A stretch of DNA of 64,000 nucleotides from Ptychomitrium polyphyllum (taxonomy: Eukaryota): contig OZ316776.1 in NCBI GenBank assembly GCA_973851085.1, positions 15,810,001 to 15,874,000 on the forward strand. Reading direction: 5' to 3'. Made by a program: the position numbers and the translations under genes. Below are positions 28,259-39,565 of this stretch, piece by piece; within the stretch, counting starts at the first letter, position 1, and each line of letters begins with the position of its first letter. The notes beneath the pieces are model-generated. The model was given only the letters and a program-made list of their open reading frames with translations. It was not told the origin of the DNA and ran no database searches.

Positions 28259-29389
28259 TGTCGCAACCCTTATAATGCATCTTGGCAAGCGTCACGCGGG
28301 TCAACCCTGTAATCCCCCCACATGCACATGGTTAATTCTGATTCTCACTTTCCAAATCTTTCTACCATTTCTCTTAGGACACCCAATTGATTGGTAGCTA
28401 ATGGTTAGGTGCGAACTTCCATTTATGTTCAAGGCCTCACTTGGTGTTACTCCCATTCTACACGGCCTAATCGCGCTTAGTGGTATCTCCTCACCACCAC
28501 TCATGATCCCCATGCAATTCTAAGATCACCTCATGCCATCATGGTGCCGACGTGAAGACACCACTCCAACTTAGTGGTAACAAGCGTGTCCTCTTGATCT
28601 CATTTGTTCCCTCTGTAAACCGATCGTCCATCGGCTCACAATGGTGTGGAAGTCCCCGTGGTAAAGCCTCAACACTAGCTCCACCAACAGGGACTCACCC
28701 TTGATTCCTACCGGGACACTAGGGGAGTGGGGAGGGGGACCAGCCCTCCCCTATCGTACTCTTTGTGGGATTTGGCAGGCCCCCTGGCCCTCTGTAGCTG
28801 GCTAAACCCCGACACACGTAAAGTTTTGGAAGACCACCCGATCTCCCTTGAAACTTAGCCGCTGGAACCTTCAAGAACTCACTGAGGACCTTCAGGGAGC
28901 CATATCTAACACGTTCGGTGCCCGAATGTAATGAACGACCACTCTATCGTCATCTACACTTTGCGTAAATGCCGATAGACTCCTCAAACGTCCGATTTGA
29001 GTTAGCACACTGGGAGATATGCCTCTCCTAAGGTTCGGGACTCCCTGAGAGTCCCTCGTTGGACTGTCCTACTCCAGTATAGTCACCATGTAGGGCTGCC
29101 ACAGTCCGAAATAGCCCCTTGGCAACCCCAACTTTGGATTGCCATAATTTTTAGCTCCCTTGTCCGATTTGGACAATCTTTAGCATTCTAGAATCAGCTC
29201 AATGCCCACGCTTTATCCCTCATGGCTCTCGGTTTACATGGGCAAGGATGTTTCTCCCACTTAGGATCCTTTCCATGCTAGGCCTACTCGGTCCTTTTCA
29301 CTATCGACGCCACAAGTCCCGGACGTCACTCTTGGGTCCCCTTCATGCCCTTAGTGTTGCAAACACTCCTCAAATAGAGGTGCGCGACA
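28259..29389 (-). repeat. 5' LTR of chromovirus element
   Basis: tgtcgcaaccc...ggtgcgcgaca; on the minus strand it is followed after 2 nt by the tRNA-iMet PBS. Confidence 0.92.
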
Positions 29390-30439
29390 TACTAAGAAAC
29401 CTTTGACATTTTCAAATATCTCCTACTAACTCTCAAGGAACTGCATCAAATCAATCAGCCTAAAATGATGTGCCTTCCACAAGCTTGCGGTCATCCACCT
29501 ACTACTAAATTGAATGATCCATGCGAAATGAAAATAAATACATTCCACCAACACCTTTACCAATCCAAAACATTCATGTCCACCCTTGTAAGCCTTCTTG
29601 ACACAAACAAAAAGCACAAACATCAAGCCTTGATTGTGATGCTACTCCTTTGCTTTTCAAGCGAATGATTACAATGACATGGCTTTGAAGACTCCAACAC
29701 CTTTGACTTAGATTCTTTAGATCATGCACACTAGCCTTTAGAAAACCCTCCTACTTTTTCCGATAAAGGAAACTATATCCGCACCAAAATAATAGAGCCG
29801 CATAAATGCTCCATGCAAACCCTCAGGAACTTCACCATGCTTACTGTTGCGGCCATGGAAAACACCAAATATTAGAATACGCGCAACTCCGAACTCTGAT
29901 TTTAGTGCACTCCAACGCGGCCAAAAGCAACCCGTCTAAACATCTGACCCTCCGACCGGGAGGAATCAAAAAACCCCCCTCTCCCAAATAGTTTCAGGAG
30001 GTATGAGTTGGCTGGCCCAGGCAGACGAGGAACATGGAAGGATGAGAGGATCACGGGAACCGGCCGCATTCGCCCACGAGCGAAATTATGGACTTCCGAG
30101 CACAAAAGCTCCCAACTGCACTGCCGGATCCAGATACAGGAACCATCCGTGGGTCGACTGCATAATTGAGACGACGATGATTCGTGCGACGCGCCAGCGC
30201 CCCAGATCCAGAGCCCGTACACTAAGATAGAAGGTACCCGCTGGGACTCACCAGGTGACATGCAACATGGAGAACATTCGAACAGCAGGGGAAAACTAAA
30301 CAAATAAAGGGGACGAAAAACGAACGTGCGACTCAGGGTGGGCGGGGAAAGGTGAACAGTGGGAGCACCAAGGGCCCCTAAGCGCCAGAATAGTAAACCA
30401 GCCAGCTCGCAGGGGTAGGGGTCACCTGAGGGGGAGGGG

Positions 30440-31167
30440 GGGGGGCTTTAAGAAGCTGGGACCTGCGGAGGGAGCTGCATCTTTTGCTCAGGCAGGCGCT
30501 CTTTTCACGAAGGCTGTGTCTCGCGAGAGCTCAGATCCCCTTTCCTGTGCTCTCGTCCGCCCGGCTGCGTGGCTCCGTCGTCGCCAACTCCCCCCAGGTG
30601 CGTATGCTGGCCGTGCTTGCGGTGGCGTGGGGATCTGTGTGCGCCGTTGCCCCGCCGCTGCGCCTGTGTCCGTCGTGTCGGGTGACGCTGCAGTTGGGCG
30701 GGGGCAGCAGCGTTGGGTGCTTGTGTGTGGTTTTGCACGGTGTGCGGCGCCGGGGTTTTAGATCGGGGGGTTTAGCGCTGAGCGGGCGCGGCGGTGGTGG
30801 GATAGCGGGGGGTCGTTCGTGTGGTGTGGTGGCGGGATTTTGTCGCGCTGGGGTTTGGTCCGTCTGGCGGCAGCGGGGGTTTGCGTGTGGTGGGTGGGAA
30901 TGGGGAATGCGGCGGCGGGGGCGCAATGGCGCGAGTGTGGCGGGGTGCGGGGTTGGATCTTGAGAGGGGCGGGTGTGGGGCTGCATGTTTTCCCTGCGGA
31001 TGTGCCTGTGTGCGGCGTGCTCTGTCTGTGGGAGGCGCGGTGGCGAGTGTCGCCGTGACGTGACGGTGGCGGCATGCGCGTGGTGTGCGTGCGGGGGGGT
31101 TTGCGTGGCTGTGTCTGACGATTGGTTTGGCGTGGTTTGTTGTGAAGACGCGTACGAGGCAGCGACG
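30440..31167 (+). promoter_or_regulatory. METE core promoter and 5'UTR with leader intron
   Basis: TATA-like ctttaag at ~30446 after a G-run; pyrimidine-rich leader; donor CAG|GTGCGT at 30598; acceptor GGCAG ending 31162, 5 nt before the ATG. Confidence 0.55.
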
Positions 31168-34100
31168 ATGACTTCCCACGTGGTCGGATACCCGCGCATG
31201 GGCCCGAAGCGGGAGCTGAAGTTCGCTCTGGAGTCGATGTGGGATGGCAAGAGCGCGGCGTCGGACCTGGAGCAGGTGGCGAAGGAGCTGCGGGCGTCGA
31301 TCTGGAAGCAGATGGCCGAGGCCGGAGTGAGCATGATTCCCAGCAACACGTTTTCGTACTACGATCAGGTGCTGGACACGACCGCGATGGTGGGGGCCGT
31401 GCCCGCCCGGTACGAGTGGGCCGGCGGAGAGATTGGGCACGACGTGTACTTCTCGATGGCGCGTGGAAACAAGACGAAGCCCGCCATGGAGATGACGAAG
31501 TGGTTCGACACGAACTAGTAAGTGTGGGCGGGGCCCGGGGGTGTTGGAGGTGTGGGTGGCGGGGTGTTTTGGTCGGTTGGGTTGCGCGCTGTTGTGTGGG
31601 GGGTGTGGATCTGACATGGCGGTGGTGCGTTCGTGGGCGTTGCAGCCACTACATTGTGCCGGAGTTGAGCCCGGAGACGAAGTTCGTGTACTCTTCGCGC
31701 AAGGCCGTGAGCGAATACAAGGAGGCGAAGGCGGTGAGTGCGATGTGTGGGAGCGAACGGGGTGGTGTGATGGTTGCTGTCGTTGCCGTGTGTGGGTCGA
31801 TGTGGAGGTTGGGTTGGGTTGGTGACGGTGGTGGGGCGCTGACGGTGGTGGTGGGCGTTGGATGCAGCTGGGCGTGGAGACCGTGCCCGTGCTGGTCGGG
31901 CCGGTGACGTACCTGCTGCTGTCGAAGGGCGACAAGAGCGCCGCGAAGGGATTCGACACCCTTTCCCTGCTGGACGCCATTCTGCCCATCTACAAGTGAG
32001 TGGGCGATGGGTGGCCGGGATCCGTTTGTGGGGTGGGGGCGGGGGTTTTGCCGATGGCGGGTTGCGGGGGCGGCGTGGTGACCCGTGGGCGTGGGCTGCG
32101 ATTTGCAGGGAGGTGATCGGCGAGCTGAAGGGAGCTGGCGCGTCATGGGTGCAGCTGGACGAGCCGAAGCTGGTGATGGACCTGGAAGCCGCGCAGTACG
32201 GGGCGTTCAAGAAGGCGTACGCGGGGCTGGGCGAGTGCGGGGTGAAGCTGTTGGTGGAGACGTACTTCACGGACTTGCCCGCGGAGGCGTACAAGTAAGT
32301 GATCGGGAGGCGTGTTTGGAATGGGGTTGCTCGGAGGTGGGGTTCCGGATGGGGGGGCGGGGGTAAGTGACGCGCGGGTGCTGAGTGTGGTCTGTGGGGA
32401 CCGTGAACGGCAGGACGTTGTGCGGGCTGCCGATTGCCGGGTTCGGGGTGGACCTGGTGCGGGGGTCGGGGACTCTGAGCCTGATCAAGGAGCACGGCGT
32501 TCCCGCCGGGAAGACGCTGTTCGCGGGCGTGGTGGACGGGCGCAACATCTGGGCCAACGACCTGGCGGCGTCCGTGGGCGTGGTGGAGGAGCTGCAGGCG
32601 AAGGTGGGGAAGGAGAACGTGGTGGTGTCGACGTCGTGCTCCCTGCTGCACTCGGCCGTGGACATGAAGAACGAGACGAAGCTGGACGCGGAGTTGAAGT
32701 CGTGGATGGCGTTCGCCGCGCAGAAGCTGCACGAGGTGGTGGCGATCGCGAAGGCGGCGGACGGGCAGAAGGACGCGGCGTTCTTCTCGGCGAACGCCGG
32801 TGCGCAGGCGTCGAGGAAGAACTCCCCGCGGGTGCACAACAAGGCAGTGAAGGAAGCTGTAAGTGGGCCGGAGTCGTGAGTGCAGTCGTGGGCTGCGGGC
32901 TGGGTGGGTGCAGTGGCTTGGGCGGAGTGTAGGTGGTGTGGTGGTGGCTGAGGGTTGGTTTGGTGTGGGAATGCAGGCGGCGGCCCTGGCCGGGTCTGAG
33001 CACAGGCGGGCGACGGCCGTGTCGACCCGGTTGGAGGAGCAGCAGAAGCACCTGAACCTGCCGATCCTGCCGACGACGACCATCGGATCGTTCCCCCAGA
33101 CGCCCGAGCTCCGGAGGGTGAGGCGCGAGGTGAAGAGCAAGAAGATCTCGGAGGAGGACTACGACAAGGCGATCAAGGCGGAGATCGACAGCGTGGTGAA
33201 GCTGCAGGAGGAGCTGGACATCGACGTGCTGGTGCACGGCGAGCCCGAGAGGAACGACATGGTGGAGTACTTCGGGGAGCAGCTGGACGGGTTCTGCTTC
33301 TCGGCGAACGGGTGGGTGCAGTCGTACGGGTCGCGGTGCGTGAAGCCCCCGATCATCTTCGGCGACGTGAGCAGGCCGAAGGCGATGACGGTGTACTGGT
33401 CGACGTACGCGCAGAGCGTGACGAAGAGGCCGATGAAGGGGATGTTGACGGGGCCGGTGACGATCCTGAACTGGTCGTTCGTGAGGAACGACCAGCCGCG
33501 GTCGGAGACGTGCTACCAGATCGCGTTGGCGATCAAGGACGAGGTGGAGGACCTGGAGCGGGCGAAGATCACGGTGATCCAGATGGACGAGGCCGCACTT
33601 CGCGAGGGCCTGCCGCTGCGGAAGTCGGAGCACGCGGACTACCTGAGGTGGGCCGTGCACGGGTTCAGAATCACGACGTGCGGGGTGAAGGACACGACCC
33701 AGATCCACACGCACATGTGCTACTCGAACTTCAACGACATCATCCACAGCATCATCGACATGGACGCCGACGTGATCACGATCGAGAACTCGCGGTCGGA
33801 CGAGAAGCTGCTGTCGGTGTTCCGGGAGGGCGTGCACTACGGCGCCGGGATCGGGCCCGGCGTGTACGACATCCACTCCCCGCGCATCCCACCGACGGAG
33901 GAGATGGCCGACCGCGCCCGCAAGGTAACTGTCGGGGACCCGGCGTGCTGTGGTGGGGGAGCAAGGGGTCGGGTACTGGGAGGATTGGTGGAGGGGGCGT
34001 CGGTGTCCGGGTCGTGTGTGCGTCGGGCGCGGGCGGGCAGTGGTCGCGCAGGTGTGGTTCGTGCAGGGTGTGCTGACGGGACGTGGGATGTGGAATGTGG

Positions 34101-34244
34101 CAGATGTTGGCGGTGTTGGAGTCGAAGGTTCTGTGGATCAACCCCGACTGCGGTCTGAAGACCCGGAAGTACGGCGAGGTGGTTCCCGCGCTGACGAACA
34201 TGGTGAACGCTGCGAAGCAGTTGCGTGCGGAGCTGGCCAAGTAG
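31168..34244 (+). CDS. METE: 5-methyltetrahydropteroyltriglutamate--homocysteine methyltransferase (cobalamin-independent methionine synthase), 761 aa, 7 coding exons
   Basis: Exons 31168-31517, 31646-31733, 31868-31995, 32109-32294, 32414-32858, 32977-33924, 34104-34244; all GT-AG and in phase. Motifs [71 protein letters not shown], Zn ligands HTHMC and [11 protein letters not shown]. Confidence 0.98.
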
Positions 34245-36049
34245 AGCGGCTGTTAGACGGCAGATGGGGTTTAAGGCGGGGCTCGTGCCCGGGAGGTCGT
34301 TCGCAGTAGTAGGGCGGCCTGGCACACATTTGAGAGATACGCTGGGCAGCTGTGATTTGTTGTGAGTAGCACGTGTGAGCGGCACGGGCGATGTGGGGCG
34401 GTCGTACCCGCATCGCGCGCTGGCGGTAGTTTTTGTATTGCTGATTCATATTCTGGAACATGGGTATATTCATTTGACTGTCACTGGTGATTTTTGACCG
34501 GATGCGGCAGCCGGTAGGCAATTTTGGCGGGGGAGGCGTCTGAGCGCCGCGTCTGCGCGACTGAGACGGCGGGAGATGACGTGGCTAGCGGCGAATAGCG
34601 TGCTAAGCCTGAGGTCGAACATTGTGGTCGAACATTATGGTCCTAGAGGAGGGAAATAATTTTGTTTTGTCCGGCTGTTGATGCCGGCGGCCCGAGCATG
34701 GGAGTTGTGTGTAAATTGTGATTGGCCCGGGTGTCCGGCCCGTCGCGGGGGTGCTGTCGCGGCGGGGGTGTCGTTGCATGCGTTGCGTGGGGGTCTCGGT
34801 CCGGGTGGGGAATGGCGATCCGCGGAGGTGTAGGTAGTGGAGTGTCGGGCGGCGGCGGTTGCGACAGGTAGGGATGCGGTGGCGTGTCGGGTGTGATGGT
34901 AGGGAGTACGGTGTGGTACGGGGAGCATGGCAGACGCAATGCCGGCGTGGTTGGGAGGGAGGACAGTCGGTTTTGGTGGGCGTCCGATTATTTCTCGCGG
35001 AATCTTCCGCGTATGGATTTGGATGTGGATATGGATTTGTTTCGGTGGAGTCGATTAAGTAGGGGAGTGTGGTGTGACGGAGCTGTACGGAGAGAAACCA
35101 ACCGTGGAGTTCATTCCCGAATAATGGAGAAAGGACGTTTGGGCAGTGCGATGGGCTTGCAGTTTCGGGTTAGTGCGTCCTCTTTCGCAAAGTCGTTAGA
35201 GTATATGTCGGTGAATAGTAGGGTTGGAGAGCTAATTTCAGAGGTAGGGGTTAGGTGAGGGAGTCTGAGTTGGACCGGACTGAAAAGATTGTTTTGGTTC
35301 TGGTGGAGACCGTTCGTGGCTTTGTATGGCGGTCGTTGGAGGAGGTGAAGGGATGTGTTGTTGGAAACGATGGGTCGGTGTAGAGATTGTTTGTGAAATT
35401 GTAGGGAGGATTTGATTTGGTCGGTTATTCATGAATGTGAATGTAGCTTACAAGTTGTCAAAATGTTTTTGGAGTACTGGCTGTTTGAAAGCATGGGTTC
35501 TTTTCAGAACAGTCTCATCGAACGCCCTCGATCGACTGTGTTGTGTTGAGGGGAGTATTCTAGTAATGGAGGAGTTTGTGTGCGAAGTCCGAAACTATAG
35601 TCATGTCTTCATGCAGGTGTTAGGTACACCCGCCGACTATCATTTGTTAGGGACTTTCGTGGTGATGGTGAGTTGCATGAACTACCAGAATTTTGTAATG
35701 TTTGTATGGATTTGTTTTTGGATCTTTGAGAGGAGGTATCGCTTTTAACGTGTGTTATCAGAATCACCCGGATAAGTTTTGATTACGCAGTGGGATAAAT
35801 GTCGATTACAGAGTGGGAGGCACCTCTCATAAAATGTTGCCATTTTCCAAAGGCATGTACTATAGCGAGCAATGGTATGTATATCATGTTGATTTATGAT
35901 ACTATAGACTTTTTATAGCAAAAGGCAGTTTGTGTGCGAAGTCTCTAACCTTTGCCACGTTGTCAAAGTATCAAGTCTCGAATATAATGTGAAGCGTGTG
36001 CTTCCCAATATCATTTGGATTTCAATTGGTCTTTGAGTAGACATGGATC

Positions 36050-38770
36050 CGACTTGAATGATTGGCCTTCAAATGATTTCTAGCCTTCGGAGCCGACGTG
36101 AATTTTTCCTTTCCATATGAGGCATGTCAGTGGTGTTACAATCCTTGAATAGTCCTTGATAAAGATATTATAGAGTTTTGCAAATCCAAGGAAGCATTGC
36201 ACGTCCTTGATTGACCGTGGTGTTTTCCTACCTTTGATTGACCTTGGGTGTGTTCCTATCCATGCTGGTGCTTATCTTTTTTTCGTCCATGTAGAGTCCA
36301 TCCCTAGTTTGAAAGGCCAGCTGAAGGTGGTAGGCCAGCTGAAGGTGGTAGGCCAGCTGAAGGTGGTAGGCCAGCTGAAGGTGGTAGGCCAGCTGAAGGT
36401 GGTAGGCCAGCTGAAGGTGGTAGGCCAGCTGAAGGTGGTAGGCCAGCTGAAGTTGGTAGGCCAGCTGAAGTTGGTAGGCCAGCTGAAGTTGGTAGGCCAG
36501 CTGAAGTTGGTAGGCCAGCTGAAGTTGGTAGGCCAGCTGAAGTTGGTAGGCCAGCTGAAGTTGTTAGGAAGGATATTTCTCTGATTTTGCATATTGCTCT
36601 TGTTTTTGCAACTTTTTCAAAATCAATTACACTTGATTTTTTTTATTCTTTGAATATAGCAAAATGTCATCCAATTAGATGACCACAAAATCATTAAAAT
36701 GCTTCCAAAATGTGTTAATCAGCATATGTTGGAAAATTGAGGCCAGAAAGCATAATGTTGTATATAAGGTGGCCATATTTGAAGTAAAAAGTTGTCATTG
36801 AGACATTCTTTTTTTTAATCCTTATGCAATTGTAAGTTCCTTTAAGATAAGTTTTGATGAATGTCTTTGCTTGGATAAGTTGTGTGAAAAGTCCTAAGAT
36901 CAATGATAATGAGGAGTGGTTTTTCCTAGTCACTTTATTAAGGTCTTGATAGTTCACATACATTTGTAATGTTTCATTGTTTTATTTTAAAAGTTGGATG
37001 GTTGTTATAGGAGATGAATTAGATTATCAGGTGTAGTACCTTGCAAATATATAACAGCAATATATTCTTTCAATGTTGCCATCTTGGTTTGTAGTAGATT
37101 ATAGATGATTGGAAATGGCAATTTTGTCCCATTGTATAGTTTACAAGTCCAATTGCAAGGCTAGTTTTGTAATAATATGTCTACGTTCTTTATTTCAAAT
37201 AAGTCCTTGTAGCGCTTGACATGGTTCATCATAAACAACTTTTGTTATAACACTACTTTTGTATAATCCATAAACACTAAATTTTTTTTGTTGCTTTCAT
37301 GAGCGCCTTAGCTCCATCAAATGATATCCAAAGGTAGCTTGTGACTTTACATTTTATTCCTAAGATAAAAGTATAAGTGCCAATTAATATTATAGTTACA
37401 TAACTCAAACCAAGGAAAGCCCAAGTTTATTATATTTGTCTAATATTAGATGCTCATAAATTAATTTTAAACACTTAGTTTTCTAATAAAACATTGAAGG
37501 ATTGGATTTCTTCTATAACATTGTTTGATGTAAGAGATTGCACATCAATAACTTCCACAAAAAAAATGGTTCCTTTTTTGTAAGCACCAAATAGTAATTG
37601 ATTGCAAAATTGTTTATCATGAAGCATGTTGATGTACTTGTGTCTAAAAGAGCTTTATTAAAAATGTTATGATTGGATGCTTTGATATTATTTGAACGTG
37701 TAAAATAAGATATGGCATTTAAAAGAAGTATTTGGCCTTTGTTTAATGATATCTTTTTTTGAATGTCTAGCCACATGGCCGGTACTGATATTAGAAATGC
37801 TTGTTTTTTAAATTCTTTAATTCTATTGTTATCTTTTAAGTCTTAAAAAATGATTCCTCAATTCAAAAATCTTATTCTTTATAACCAAGTCTATTGCAAT
37901 ACAAATGTAAGTCTTCTATTCAACTTGATTTTTTTTCATATGGAATTATATGCTCTGATTGCGTTGCATTAATTTGCATTCGTTTTGATTTTATTTATCA
38001 ATATTTTAGCACTTCTAAGAAAATGGTTGCTATAGTTTGATGTGTTGGCTTTAAGTCTAAATGTTCTTTGTGGCCCTTCTTAATAAATATGTTGTCACGT
38101 GTTATTGTTTGGTTAATGAATTTGTCTAAATTATCAACCTTTGGCATTGTGAGCAATGAATCCTTTGCATTGCTTCTTGATCCTTGTTGTTCCAATTATA
38201 GTTGTAAGTAAGCTCTTGAAATTTTAAAGCATATGTAGTAGCTAAGTAAAGCCCTTATTGTAGAGTTTGGATCTTTGTTTCAGCCACCTATTTTTGGTTG
38301 TTGTTTCAAAATGTACAAGTTAGCACCTCCATAAATGTTTTAAATTTGCATAGTGTTGTTTAATGAAGTTAAGAAGAACAAATGTCAACTTTTGAGGATA
38401 ATTTGCAACCTTTAAGATACTTGGGTAGTTTTGAAACAATGGGTCATGTACTCTTTTCTTCAAGAAACCTTAGATTTTAAAAAACAAAGTAGTCTTGTAC
38501 AATACAACATAAGTGTTCAACAACTTGTGTGGCAAGATTGAAGTGTACTTCATCTTGCATCCAATTTATACCACGAACCTTATTCTTTTTAAGAGACTTT
38601 TAAAAAAACTTTCTATTAAGATATGATTTGTCTTTAGAAATTTATGATACCTTTGAAAGAATTTTCTCAAGAGGTAGAAGCTACTAAAGGATTTTGGAGC
38701 TTTTGGAAGGGTTTTAGAAGTTATTGAAAACTACGAAAAGATTCAAGCAAGTAAAAAAGGTTTTGGAAGC
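36050..38770 (-). mobile_element. Decayed, truncated Ty3/gypsy element (LTR fragment, internal region and RT remnants)
   Basis: RT-like peptides YVNYQDLNKVTRKN..KGTYNCIRIK, FVVI*LDDILLYSK, YAKSEK, DGLYMDEKKI, KDVQCFLGFAKLY. Sequence ~38490-38770 resembles the 60620 LTR family. Confidence 0.8.
36315..36566 (+). repeat. 18-bp minisatellite, 14 copies, GGCCAGCTGAAG(G/T)TGGTA
   Basis: 7 identical G-variant units, then 6 identical T-variant units and one diverged terminal unit. No spacers. Confidence 0.97.
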
Positions 38771-39503
38771 CACGCTGTACATTGAAATTAGAAATACGAG
38801 AATATCGTGAGTAACTTGGATGGAAGGCTTCCAATACATTCAAGTATCCACGTTCTCTCAATACGTGTATCTATGGCTCTACGACAGGATTCGCCGAAGA
38901 TATAACACGTTGAGAATCAGAGTTGAGGCATTATATGCGGAACGCACAAGAACCGGACGAGGGTTTCAATAGCAAGCGTATAGGAGGCACATGAGATCTA
39001 AAAACGAAGAAAGAGACATAAACAAACACCCTCTTTGAGATCACACGCACAAATATTCCGAAGTCCTGCACACTATACAGTACAAGTCACCTTGTAACTG
39101 TTTACCTGCAACGGAAAAACAACAAACCAAACATCTACACACGCTACCCCTCCAAGGAAAATCCCAAACATACGCTCTCACATACATACACGACTGCAGA
39201 CAAAGACAACGAAAAGACCGATTTATCCAAGTCAAGAAGCGAAGAACCCAACGGGATCATAAAACCCCATCAATCCAGAAAATTAGATAAAACAGAAAAA
39301 CAAAAATCCCATCAAGACAGCGCAACGATCTACTCACTCTACAGACCCCGAGATTAGCATGCCATGGTGCAAAAACCAGAACAATTGAACCCCAGACGCA
39401 AAATCAAAACCAAGACGAAAAACATAACGCTGACACCCTAGCGCGGAAGATTGAGACAACGAAAAGCAAAGCAAGCGGCAAGAGAAAGCCGGGGTAGCGT
39501 TAC

Positions 39504-39565
39504 CAGGTGCGGGAGCCAGGGCCGTAGCCCTTAGGGTGCGAGTTTCAGATGGCTTGGTGACCCAT
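39504..39565 (-). pseudogene. RPS29: 40S ribosomal protein S29 (uS14) exon 1 with premature stop; rest of gene not found
   Basis: ATG GGT CAC CAA GCC ATC TGA AAC TCG CAC CCT AAG GGC TAC GGC CCT GGC TCC CGC ACC TG|gtaac = MGHQAI*NSHPKGYGPGSRTC. The conserved Trp7 codon is TGA. No GLIRKYG exon is present before the gypsy remnant at 38770. Confidence 0.88.

Larger units (their letters stand above)
21646..29389 (-). mobile_element. Near-full-length Ty3/gypsy chromovirus LTR retrotransposon, inactivated
   Basis: Two ~1.14-kb TG...CA LTRs (21646-22788, 28259-29389). PBS TGGTATCAGAG (tRNA-iMet) at 28256-28246. PPT GGTAGAGGTGAG at 22800-22789. Domain order gag-PR-RT-RH-IN-chromodomain. Confidence 0.96.

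Noticed and set aside
30440..31167. Cobalamin or SAM riboswitch upstream of METE
   Set aside because: No recognisable riboswitch consensus; this is a spliceosomal leader intron in a plant gene.
30484..35258. Many long overlapping and antisense ORFs (up to 541 aa) around METE
   Set aside because: Expected from stop-codon scarcity in very GC-rich DNA. They are low-complexity Pro/Arg/His/Gly sequences, and the spliced METE model explains the region.
36315..36566. CRISPR-like array, or real repeat proteins from ORFs 36207-36584 and 36272-36592
   Set aside because: Units are head-to-tail with no spacers and there are no cas genes. The ORFs are open only because the 18-mer lacks stops, and their flanks are decayed RT.
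39545..39547. TGA recoding (Trp or Sec) in RPS29
   Set aside because: Other genes here use TGG for Trp and TGA as stop, and the downstream exon is missing.
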